DNA of 64,000 nt from Gonapodya sp. JEL0774 (Eukaryota). The notes under the pieces are model-generated. The model was given only the letters and a program-made list of their open reading frames with translations. It did no database searches and had not been told where the DNA came from. Numbering within the stretch: position 1 is the first letter of the stretch; every line of letters starts with the position of its first letter. Made by a program: the position numbers and the translations under genes. Below, piece after piece: positions 26,685-39,300 of this stretch. The DNA is taken from NCBI GenBank assembly GCA_027604505.1, contig JADIIX010000049.1, positions 62,001 to 126,000 on the forward strand, in the 5' to 3' direction.

Positions 26685-26837
26685 GAGGATGGATCCTCCT
26701 GCTCTGTATCCGCGGCGTGACGGCGAGTGTTGGAGGGAACGCGGCAGCCGGTCGGTGATGAGTGGTGAATGATTTGAGTGGGATAGTGATAAGTGGCATC
26801 GATGAATGCAACGGGCAGCGCTTTGGGAGAAAATTAG

Positions 26838-28135
26838 TTAAGTGATCCAGATAATCCAGTTGGTCGGAGTATAGGATGTCCTGAAGTGTCCGCCGTCCGT
26901 GTATGTGACAGGTGGGAATGTGTGTACACAATATTTTGTGCTGCGGCTGACACCAGCCCGCAACTCCAGGTCACAGATATACCTATTCCGCATTGTCATT
27001 CGACAGGAAGAAACGGTGAGAGAGCAGACGAACGGGGAGGGGGGGGAGATGGTGGGAGGAGGGGAGGAGGGTATCTACTACCAACGGATCCGGCCGAACA
27101 ATAATGACAGCAATGGTTAATTATGCTCTAAATTGGAATGCTTTCTGTAGGGAACTTGGGGAAGTTATGCTCATGATGGCAACCAGCAACAATTATTACA
27201 TTCTATTTATAAATTAAAATTGCTCCTCATCGACTCAACTATCTTCCCGACAATTCAATTGCAAAACTAAAATAGAAAGACGACACACGCAGCACAGTTC
27301 CCTTCTGGGTAGTCCCAACACGGCATTCCTCGAAGGCATCATCCGTGAAGCACACTTGGTAGCTTTGAATCCAACTCATTTCAGACGCACAAACACTCTT
27401 TTCGTGGTAGACGAGTTGATTCCTGTGCCTATTGCACGTAGCGCAGTACTCTTTGTTGAAAACACATTGAGTCTCCGCGAAACCTTGGGTGGTTCGACAA
27501 ACAGAGCAGTCTGGGAGTTCTGATATCGTCCCAGAGCACACACCCGAGGGTTCAGCATACTCTTTTAATTCTGAAGGTAATGATGCGGCCGATGACGGTG
27601 CTGGAGAAGTTGGTGATGATGCATCGTCTATTTCTGAGATAAGAGTGAATTTCTAACGTTCAGACCAATGCAGCTGGCGGGGTTACATAATGCTCACTTT
27701 GGGTACACTTGGCGCACTGTTTGTTCTTGTCAACGCACGGTGTTCCAATATTCCCGTTGTTACAGTCACAACAGCGGGGGAGCCACGACTCCAAACCAGA
27801 CAGAATCTCGAATCTTGAAGTTCATAAGAACGCGGAGTCCTTTTCTCGACTAGAGTTAGTTTTTGGAAGTGAGCGAGCTAACATGTCAAAGTTCCGCATT
27901 TGATTCAAGCAAAAACAAGAATCCAACGCCGACTTGTGGTGCACCATCCATTGTTCGGAAGGAAGTCCATAGAATTTCGAAACAAGCCCAACTACTCATG
28001 GCCTTTCGATTCGTGACCGCTCAGGTTTCCGCGTTTCCGTAGCTGTTTCCACCCTTTCGCCGCCACGAAGGGTGTCCCCAGCAAGAGGGAGGTCGCAAGC
28101 GCGAGCAGCAGGGCAATGAGGAAGTGGGATCGCAT
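26838..28135 (-). CDS. Secreted cysteine-rich protein of unknown family, multi-exon; 3' exons uncertain
   Basis: Signal peptide MRSHFLIALLLALATSLLLGTPFVAA. Cys-rich exons (CDCNNGNIGTPCVDKNKQCAKC; CSGTISELPDCSVC..YCATC), with further candidate Cys-rich exons down to about 26838. Confidence 0.6.
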
Positions 28136-28488
28136 AAGAGGAGGTTGGCGATGAGGATTTGGGAACTGTGCTTTTGAAAATCGGTTAGAAGGGGAGCACT
28201 TATTTGGTTTATTCCGCATGTAACAAGGCTGTTGTCTAAGTACTGTGAAGTATCCAAGCAGGGGCCTTCCCCGCATGCTTCAAGCCGATTATTCTCATCT
28301 CATGGAGTGTCGTTCTATTTGTTAAACTGTCATGGCTCGCTTGTGTTAGTGGCGAGACTAGAAAAACGTCGCTTGTGCGTATGGTTGTGTTACAAATTAA
28401 CGTCACAGCAAAATGTGCCTGGTCCCGTCCCACTGATCCGTCCCCCGTGTGATCTTCCCATTCGCCCGGGCAGGCTGCAATCGGAGAC

Positions 28489-31400
28489 ATGGCGGACACC
28501 GCAGGCGTCCCGTCGACAGAATTGCCCATGACAGCACCAGCACCGGCATTGAGCGCAGCGACAACAGCGACACCATCGCAACCTAAGGAAGGTGAAGGGC
28601 CGGCAGATGCCACGACAGCAACGGCGAATGCACCGACGATGGCAGCTGGAGTGTCGCGAAAACGTGAACGGTCTCCTGTTCCGTCCGTGGCGAATAAGAT
28701 GCTCAAGACTGAATCAGGGGTTGGTGCTGTAGTTACCGGAGTTTCTGGAGCCAGCGAAGCCTCAAATGGTACAGGATCTGCCGTGCCTGGGGCAACAGGG
28801 GCAACGGGCGTGACTGGAGCGACCCCGACGACTTCTTCCATAGCTACTACTTCCAATCCTCAACCACAACCCGCTCAACCCGCTCAAAAGCCTCCTCCTC
28901 CCCCCCCACCACGGAAACGACTCGATGGCGAGCCCCCGCTCATTGTCGACGATCCTGCCCTGTCCCATTTGCCAGACGGAGTCGTCGAGAAGTTTCTTGG
29001 TGAGCTCCCAGAGTGTGGATCAGACCTCAGTGATGGATGCGGGGGGATGAGTGTTGTTGACATACGACTATTTCGAAATTACATTTACGGCAGTCAAATA
29101 ACGGGATAGTAAATTGGGTGGCCAAGAACATGAAAGCCGTGCAACCAGGCAGCAACTCTGCATGTTGTTGTGGAAGTGTTGTCTCTACCGAGGCACCCAT
29201 AATGAAAATATGGAGTTGACCTGGATCTGGCGGTGTTCAGCATGTGCTGTGGTACAGTCTAATTGGTCCAAGTACCCTCTGGCAAGCCTCGGAGAACAGA
29301 GCAGCCGCCGGAACGACTGAAGAGTCAATGGCCATCAATGCCCGATTTGCATCATCGGCGGATCTTTTTTTGAAAGCAGAGAACACTGCGCTAGGTGCTA
29401 GGAGCAGTGGAGTGGTGTGGGTGGACTTTGGGGGAGGAGTTATGTTGGTGTGTCTGTATGCCGCATGGACCTCCCCCGACGAAGGAGACACAGACTCATC
29501 CCGGAAAACACAAAAGGAGAGAAGGCTTGTGGATCAACTGAGTGGTGAAGGATGATCGAGCGATCATGATAGGGTGGAGCGGATGGTCGCCTGCGGCATC
29601 ACCCTCTTCCTTCGTTCGCCGCTCATACCGCGCTGTCCACCCACCCACCATACCTACAGGGTCCCTCCCCTACCAACCTCCAACATACCCCCGCCCCTCC
29701 CTACCCACAACCGTCTCTGTCCGTTTACGTCCTCTACCCCTCTTCGCCTCGGCGGATCTCTACGGTATCGTCGAAATACGCGTACCGTTGGAAGAAATAT
29801 CCGTAACAAATCTGGCAGTGAGGAAAAGGGCGGTGTGGGGGACTGGAGTCTACACAGATGATTCTGATGTGGTGGGCGGTGAGTTTGCGGGGCGGGTGTT
29901 GCGGTTGGCTCATATGTGCAGTATCACACTATTGGACAGGGTCGGATGGTAGAAGTTTACCGAGCCAGGTGCTGCTGGGAAACAAATTTCGAAAGCTTCG
30001 TAAATAATGGGAGAGAGTCTGCCCTGACCTACTCTGCCCGCGCTGTGCAACATCCCACTGTGCCACCGCTCTGCCAAGCTCGCAACTTACATTCAAAATT
30101 CAACTTCACAATGCCACCACACTCATCCACCACCCTCCGCCGACCACGTCACACCCCAAATCTAAGCGCTTATCCACTCGGGCTGGATCCGGCCACTCGA
30201 CGCACCTCCGATCGTCTCCCCTCCAGATAACTTTACCACATCGGGTTACATTCTCCCCGGTGACCCCGTATCCCCAAACTTCTCTTCCGCTTCCTCCTCC
30301 GACGCATTCGCTTCCGCTTCTTCCACATCAAAACCGACCAACAAAGCCCCTTTCCCAGGCCCACCACCACTCCCGCTCCCGCTCCCGGCCCCCCACCTCA
30401 CCTACTCCCACACCCTCCTCGCCCGCCTGCGCATCCTTCCCAAACTTACCCGATATACTGGCACGGTCCGTAACGGGCTTCGGTCGCGGTCATGGGGGGG
30501 CAGCCATTTGGGGGAAAGTTTTAGGATTGAGGGAGTCGAAATTGTGGAAGGGGGCAGGAGGGCAGGGAGGAAGGGGATCGTGAAGAAGGGGGAGATGGAA
30601 GGGGTGGTGGTGTTGGTCGGCGAAGGCGTCGTCAGGTGAGTCGCGCGTGGCAGTTTCGCCTGGCGATTTGCTTCGTGTGAATGGAACACTGACATGATGA
30701 ATCTTGGTTTTCGATGGGGTAGTTTCAAGTACGATCCCTCCCTACTTGTGAGCTGGCCCCCGCATGTGTATCGGGCCATGTGGCAACAGATGGACGACGC
30801 AGGGAAAACCGACGATTCGTCATCCTTCGAAACCACACGCGCCCCCAACCCCACCCTGTACCCATCTTCATCCCACCCCGGCTCTGCCATCTCTTCGACC
30901 TCCAACTCTCCTGCTGATCCCGCTGCGGTCGACGACCTCAGACTCAAAACGTGGCAGGCAGGGTGGGACGAGTTGAGCGGTATGTACAAGGGTGTGCCGT
31001 TGCCGCGATTGTGGAGCGAAGGGTGGGAGGGATGGAGGGTGAGGATGGAGGTGGAGGTGCTCTACATGGACGTGGTGGAGGGGAAGAAGTGGGTTCCTTA
31101 TCATTTGATGCTTTTTACACTAGGGAGTCTGGGGTGTGTTTGTAACCCGCTTTTCGTTTCTGCCGGTACAAATCACAGTCGCTCCCGCTACGAACTCTCT
31201 CTCCAAACCGCTGTCACCACCCCTACCCGTCCCACCCCTGCCCCGCTCGCCGCCCGCTATCGGTTAGCCTTACTGGACCCTTCAGCCTTCCCGTCCTGGG
31301 ACGACCCACTGCCAGCCTGTCCTGTGCCTGGTTCTCACGAAGGAATTCGAGGGAAAAAGGTCGTTTTGGGAGTTTTGGCAAGGGATTTGGAAGGCGGGGA

Positions 31401-31818
31401 TTTGGGGTTCGTGGGGATGGGGTTGGTTGTGAGGGGAGGGGGGAGGTATGGTGAGGAGGGGGCAGAAGGAGATGTGGTACCCAGGCAAGAAGGAGACGGT
31501 GGTAGTGGGAACGGGAGTGAGGTAGATGGGGCGGCCGTACCTTCAATGGGAGGTGGGAAGCCGCCTCTGTATCCAGTAAAGGGGTTGTCTAGTGGAGCTG
31601 GTCCGGCAAGCGCAGCAAGTCCCGGGGTACAACAAGGTCTTTCCGTGGTTCAGAGCCAGGGCCAAGTTGTGTCTCAGCACAAGCGCTCGGCGAGTGCAGT
31701 GGTTGGCGGGGCGAGGAGGAAGGTTGGAATAAATGGTGGTATTGGTGCATTAGGGGGTGGGGAGGGTGGGTTTGCATTGAGGATTTCGAGATTTTTTTGG
31801 AGGAAGAGGGTGGGATGA
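28489..31818 (+). CDS. RXT3: Rxt3-like histone deacetylase complex subunit, multi-exon
   Basis: VEIRVP..RAVWGTGVYTDDSDVV and LRILPKLTRYTGTVRNGLRSRSWGGSHLGESFRIE match the Rxt3/LCCL-like core motifs. Confidence 0.8.
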
Positions 31819-32227
31819 GTCTGCCTGCATGCGGGCGAGGTTGCGCCAAGGCGACATGATGACAATGGACTTTGTGTCGCTGTGGCGATATTTGATGATT
31901 GGACATGGTAGAGGCAAGAATACACAAGTTCCAGAGATATTTATCGTTGCGTGAATGTTTGGTGGAAGTCACCTTTAGGTCCATCTGCACTACATGTCTT
32001 GGCGGCTGGGGTAGAAAAATCTGACATTCGCCCTTGTCACCCATTCCCCCCTTCTCCTCACAAAAACCCATGAAAGTTTTTTTATCGCGGGGCTTGAATT
32101 CAAGATTGGGCTCCCTGACCCTGCTAACTTTACGTGTGCTGTGCCAGCCTGGGGCCTGTCACGGTGTGGTCTCCTCGCCCGCCGAAGCCATATAAAACCG
32201 AAAACCGAAATTCGAAACTCCCTCGCC

Positions 32228-35200
32228 ATGGCTTCGATGTCAACCGCTACTGGCTCTACCACCCAGACAGCTCTGGAATCCGCTCCTCCTGCTACTGCAG
32301 CGCCAGGTTGGCGGGTATCAGACCAGGAAATCGCTGATTTCGAGCGTAGATTCGCGGAGGGTCCGCAGACAGTGTTTCTCGCAGAAGCGCAGCTGGAAAT
32401 CTGTCCTGGTGAGTCTCCACAAAGTTGAATGAATTTCGCGGGCGGTGCCGTCTCCCAAAACGGACAGCCTTGGCAAGCACTCAACACCAAAGGCGAACAG
32501 CACTTCCAGTGCATTCAAATACTTCGCGCTAATCCACTGGCATCACATCTGTGTCTTGATTGCGTGTTGATCGTGTCTCGTTCCAATCTCGTTAAAGATA
32601 TCTCTGGTTCCACCGCGGGCACATGCCTTCAAGTTGAGAAACTTGCCGCGAAGGCTATCGCAGGACGCAATACGAGGGCAGGAGTTGTTCCATGGCATAG
32701 CACTACACTACCTCGTATACCCATCACGGATGTAGACACGCTCAGGGCTATGGGAGGCACCAGTCCCCAATACTTACTGAAACAAAATGAGTCCTTGCAA
32801 TTCATTAAGGCGTCTAGTGAGTCATCCTGTGACTATCAAGTTTGCAACATATTGACTCGACCACGCGTCTCCTACAGATGTCTGGGCGCTTTTTACTGAC
32901 GGTGAAATTGGCGTCGCTGATGTCAATGAACTCGCCTCGCTTGTCGCTTCGGAAAATATGGGACACTTGCCTGTCATTGTCGCTGTGTTTGGTCCGGGAA
33001 GGGAGACGCCCAGCGCGACAAATATTTCAGTAGGAATATCTCTGTTCGCAGGTTTGTCATACTCTACTCTTCCCCGGCTAAGCACTCGGCTCTCAACAGA
33101 AAACGGAATCATGCTTCTTTGTTTTTTACGTTCCGCGTATTTCAACCTCCAGCATGCGAACACGTCTTGTTCCTCTACCAAAGGGTGGACATCGCCCTCC
33201 CCGAACCGTACATACTTCAAAGCAAAGGTTGCTTTGCCGCTCTCGGCACCGTCGCCACTCTCGACAGCACTATATCTTGGACTGATCTCCCCAGAATAAG
33301 CTGGGAGGCCGTCTCCGCCACCGAGCTCCCCATCACCCACGCGGGCATGCCTGGAGTAACGCGCCTGTCACCCACACTCACCATTCGAGTAGCTCAGTTG
33401 CTCGAAACCCATCTACCGACTGAGACTCTTCTCGAGATTATCAGTGACGAAGAGGTGCTTAGGAATCTTATACTGCTCTGCACCACAAGGGGTCTAGGGG
33501 CAAGACTGAGAACATGGCTCGGCTCGCACATGATGGATGCAGCTGAGGTGGTGAAGCCAGAAGACGTAGCTGGTGCGGCGGTGGCGATGCAGAGACTCAT
33601 GGCAGCAAGGGAGAGGAACGCCCCGGTGCAAGTGAGTGGTTGTCCAGCTCGAAGGACCTGACTCTATCGGGTAACAACCTCTTCTTAGGAATTACTGTCC
33701 CTCCAAGCCGCTCTCAGATCCGCCCACGCCACCAACGATGCTCATTACCGCACTCAATACGAGACTCTCGCTCGGGCACGAACTTCGGAAATCCGTCGGA
33801 TCAATTCTGCTATTAACGCTGCCATGGCGCAACTGGGAGAAACAGAGCGTGCTGGATACTCTGCTGAGGTTTTGGGAACCAGATTGTCCAACCGAGCGAT
33901 GCGGGCAACCAAGGTTGGTGTGTGAACCATGATATGCTGAGTGCCGCCGAACTCGTTTGACAAGTTGAGCGCATAGGTAACAGAATCTGACACTGTGGAT
34001 AATCTCATGAGGATTGTCGAGGGTGATGTTGAGGACGCCACTGCTGCCTTTAGAGGCGATTGCACAATATGCTGTGAGCAGAATGTCCTGGTATGTTGTG
34101 TTCACTGTCACAACGGGTGTAGTGCCCTGAGGGGTGCGTTGTTGCTGACCATTTTATAAACTGAATAGCTTTCCCTGACCATGAAGAGAGTGTTGCCAGA
34201 GAGTGAGTTGCCGTCGTAGAACAAAGGCGGGGGTAAATATCAACCAACTCAACCCTCTCACAGACACGGAGGTTAATACTGCTGATTTCGCCCTCGATTT
34301 TCCGCTTGCAGTCGGATCACGAGTGAGTTTGCACATCTCCCTCTCTTCTGGATATTGGATAGGTGATGGCCATTCCCTCAGACGCACAATGACATTATCG
34401 CCTCGCAAGTGGTTTGCTCAGGGTGTGCAGATCAAGTTGTGAGCACATATGGAACGACACTGGTGAGAGGACTTGACTGAAACTTCCCATGCAGTTGCTG
34501 TGAATGTTTCTATATATGGCGCCTCTCACCCCTCAGTTCCGTGAGAACGCGACCATTACCATTCCGCTTGCCTCTATCAAGTGAGAACCAGCGATGTTTG
34601 AAGCAAAGTTCTTATTAATTTTGAAATGCTCGAATCACCCGACTGCTGAACAGAGATAATACTAACCGTGACATACTTAGCACTCGCCTTGCGATCGCGC
34701 TCACAAATGGTCTCAAGACTGGCAATGTATTCCAGCTAATGATTTCCGTACTGGACAACACCCTTTCAACCAAACTCTGGGCGCGTGTGGAACCGGGCAG
34801 CGACGATGCAGAGAACAGGGTTCGACGGGCGGCACTGGAGTGGTTTCGGGACGACCTCGCGACCCATGTCCGTACAAAAAATAACTTCCAAGAGACGGGC
34901 GAGTGGACAACCCTTCCGTTTGCAATCCAATGGGCGGTAGAAGATGCAGTGACCAATGGCTATCGCGCGTGGCTGTACCGGTACCCCGTCGAAGGCTTTG
35001 CGGTCTTGATCAAATTGGCGAGGAATCCGAAGTTTGCTGTTACGATGCCGCTTGACGGAGGAGTAAACTTTGTGCACAAGAGATTACTTTTGGGGATTGT
35101 TGATTGGTAATGTCTCTGTACTGCGAATTCTCTATCCAACAGCCTGTCCACTCACTTTTCCCCTCGATAGGTACATGCGAGAGACATTGAAGGGCGCGGA

Positions 35201-36264
35201 CCAGCAAATTAATGCTCGAACAACAATCTGGAGAGCGTTGTACGGCGAACTACGCTATGGGAAGCCGGTGGAGGGTTGTGGACGAATCATCAAGACATTT
35301 GGCGAGCTGGATTTCCACAAAACTTTTGAAGGCCCGCACTATTCTCGTTTGTTGACCGAGGTGTATGGCTTGGGAGAATCTGGGAACGTTGCCGGTACAC
35401 GATTTCCTTTTCCTGCAGCGACGTCGATGTTTCTTCGACGACTGTTGGAGATAAACAGACATGATTCGATCACAAACGCGGTGCAAACGGTGCGAACCAA
35501 CGACCCGGAATGTGTGAATGCTATTGACTTCCCGAACCTCGTGTCCGACGAAACGGCTATTAACACAATCGAGGAGATGTTCTTCCACCCAGAGCTCCCA
35601 CCTCAATCGTCTCTTGATGTCATTAACCGTCACGTGCGACACAGTCCAAAATTTGTCACGCCGTATGGGCCTTCGATACTCGGTTGCGACTGCTGTGGTG
35701 CTCGATTCGCGCCCCCTGGAACCCAAGGCACACCCGAAGAGCTGGCCGCCGTGATTCGTACTGGGAGAGCCGAGCACTTCCGGTCGGTTTATGGCGCCAC
35801 GTCCTCATCCGGTTTACCGATAAAGATTGTGGAAAGGAATGGCAGACTTACAGCGCCGTCAGCACACTGGAACGGAGGAAGAGTCGTCACCAGACAATGG
35901 GTTAAGCTTTCCCAGGAAGCGCAACAAGAATACCTTGCAGGAACAGGGAACGTCGATGCCTTTGTAGAGGAAGCAATGCGATATATTGTTCAAGAAGATG
36001 AGAAAGGTGATCGCTTGCGACGGCAGAACATCTTTATTTATCACTGACACAGAACAATGTCGATTAGGCAATATCTACTCATCCGCGATGAAAGAGGATC
36101 TCGAGACGATGTTTCGCTCATTCCTGTCAGTCGTTCGCGTGCACGGTTTTGAGAACAACGGCGATAACTTTTCAGTGCCGTGGAAACTGGGTATGGAACT
36201 TGGAAAGCAAAAGGAGCAGATTGCAAAGGACATTGTCCAAGGAGCGCGTTGGACTCTGCCCTGA
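32228..36264 (+). CDS. Large uncharacterised protein with N-terminal VWA/MIDAS-like domain and Cys motifs, multi-exon
   Basis: DISGS..GGTSP..WALFTDGEI (MIDAS DxSxS/T/D pattern), LSNRAMRA, CTICC, CDCCG..EHF. Consistent GT-AG introns. Confidence 0.7.
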
Positions 36265-36318
36265 ACTGAACATGATTCAATATTGACTTGACTACCAGAA
36301 AGATTATGTAATTCGGTT

Positions 36319-39300
36319 TTAAAATTTGAATTCAGTTTCATAATATGCCAATTCTCTGCTGATGCATGTTGAAATATTAATGTCCTCTACTCTTGTTGCT
36401 TTTATCACCAGCCTCGGAAGTGAAAAGGTTTCTAAAGGGGCATCACCACTGCTGAGTTTTACTGTTCTCTCGGGGTACTTCTCGTCTCCTTCTCGCCGAT
36501 ACCTTTTCCCATAAACTACGACATCTCGGAAGATGTGGTCATCCCTGCAGATAGCTCGCAAAACGTCATCGTCAGCAGCCTCATCCTGCGAGCTCAAAGC
36601 AGCGCTGTAAATATCCTCCTGATCCTCAGCAATACTGTAGAAGTCAACATTTCGGTAGCTTATTTCACCTTTCCTCGAAGTGACCTCTTGCAGCGAAGTT
36701 TCTAGAATCGCACCAGTGCGTAACAACTCAAATACCGCTCGGGGACCTTCGAAATATACGTGTGCTTCCCCCGTTCCATCTTCCACCACTGCCCTTGCCT
36801 CAGCAGAAAAGTGGCCGCGATCTGAACCACAGGAGTTGCCGCATCGTTGATCGCGATACCGAGTGCCACACACATCACATTGGAACCGCAGAGTAACTTC
36901 AGCAAGTGCGATAATTCTGCATGATACTTGTAAAGTGGTGCGGAGATGCAGAAGCTCAACCTCTAAGAGTTCACAGAGACAAAATCGTGGGGCTCGGGAT
37001 AATGATGCGATGTCCAGTTCATTTGGTAGTCTGTTCCGCACGGAAAACCCAGCGCCATCAGTGGAGCTGACATTCCCACATACCTCCACCGCCGTGCACG
37101 CGAGGCTGGCACAGTATATCGATCGACCACCCTTTGATGCCTTCCTGGCGCTATTCCACACCCGGATAATGGCACCCGGAATCACCCCGAGGGGCCAGAC
37201 GTGAACACTGAGATCCCAGTAAAAATCTACCACGTCGATTCCTACAAGATCTCGGATCTTCAAATACAACACCTTTCCGACTCGTCCAGTTCCGACTGCG
37301 AATTCGTGGAATAGCTCAACGGGGCGAGCAATGTTAGGTTTTGAAGTTCCGGACTCCAGGTTTCGCATCCACCAAACACCACCACCCTCTCTATCCCGAA
37401 ACTCTTTGGACACAATAACACCCTCAAATGACGCGAGACGTTCCAGATAGCCATGCTGTGTGCCTTTGAACGAATGTGCGTCGTTCGAGTTAAGTACCTC
37501 GCAAACATCAGACAAATAGGGTGCGTGCGCGGAATAAACCATTTGAACTCTTGTTAGCGCTGGCGACGACGTAGACTGCGTCACAGGATCGAACACTATC
37601 CGACCAAGAAGGTCCACTTTGATTCCGGAATTGTTTTTTGAGGAGTCGCAAGTTGGGCCAGCTGCGATTGAACCATTTGCACTTGAGGCATTGTCCATCC
37701 ACAACCTATCTTCTTGTGTCATTATAGACATCGTATCATCCGACATGTCCGGTAAATTTTGACCACCGTCCTCGGGGTTAATCAGTCCACGAGATTCAAA
37801 ACCGTTCCGTGAAACGATCTCGACCCTCGATTTCTTCCCAACTTCCACAACAAACTCGCCGGTTTCCCTGAGTTGTTCCTCCATGATCACTCGATGAATG
37901 CGATAGCATCGCCCGGTCTCGAGATATGCCAGCCAAGCAACGGCGTCCCCTCGAAAAATCAAGTGAGCGAAAACCGGTGCTGAGGCGACTGGGATTCTGT
38001 CCGCCTCGTCAATCGAGCCCGTGTTCGTCGTTGAATCTTCCCGAACGATCCCTTCGCAGGAGGCTGCGAAGGTGGTCTGTCCGTCAGATAACAAATGCAG
38101 TCGAGGAGCACTCACGAACGTGAACTTCACAATGATGTCAACAAAAGTATTGGCAGGAGCATCTGACTTGCTCACGTCAGCTCCGTTTTTCGAGTCTTCA
38201 ACACATCCATCACTTTTTACTTCTGCAGACTCAAGGAGACCACCACGCTCCACCAAGCAAACCAGGTCTTCCTCTTTGCACCGCACCCACATTGTTATCA
38301 ACCCGTTCGCCACCCGCTCCACCACAAGCTCCCACTGTTCCACCATCCACAACCCGCCAATCATAGATGGGTCAAGAGAACCGTTGATAGGCACACCTTC
38401 CGATCTCTGTACTACGAGCGGAATCCTACCGGTGATGTCAGCGAGCTCAAAGTGTCCCCGAGAGGACGCTTGAATTTTCCCCCCCAACACCGCACGATCC
38501 ATCCCGACATCCGCCGGAGCCAATACGGCTAATGCATACTCTTCGCTCTCTCTCATTGCAAGCACCGCAGGGTGTCTTGACAACTCATTCAATGTAGGAA
38601 ACCGGCGAACTTCGAACCCTCTTCTGGCGGCGCAGCACTCCGAGTGGTTCAGGAATGTGGTGAAAACGTCCGCGCAAGGCACATCGACGATCTCAGCGTA
38701 TCGCCAACGGGTAGCGAGGGCAGCTAGCAAGCTCGGATGGTTGGGGTCGCCTGAGCCGTATACCAAGTTCCGGGGTATCAAGCGAATCAATCCTTTACGA
38801 CGCAGGTCCGAATGAATTATGTGCAAGTGAATTGCATCGAGTGCAGAAGACCAAGAAGCTATAGCGACCGGCACTGGGTAGGATGGTACGACAACGTGAG
38901 CTGTGTCCGATGGAGTCAGAGACGAAACAGAGCCTCCAGAAGGGTGCGGCGCCTTGACCACCACCTCGATAGTGGACCGAGAGCACGCGACAAGAATGCT
39001 CTTTCCGTCAATTGTTCTCGTGAGATGAACATTGTGACATTCCACTGAAGACCCCGCGCAGAGGTCTCGTGCCACTGCGATTCTATGGAAGTGAAGCTGG
39101 ACTTCGCCGTCGAGTAGAACGAGCGGCGTTATAAGAATATCAGATGGAATGTTAGAGACAGTGCCGGAGTAGGAGATCATCGAAGGGGTTCCGGTAGTGC
39201 AGTCGTGTGGTGGTTTTGCCCATTGGCGGACGTTGGTGGTAACATCAGACAACAAAGTGGTGGCTCTTGAATTCACATGGTTGGTCATGGCGTTCGCAGT

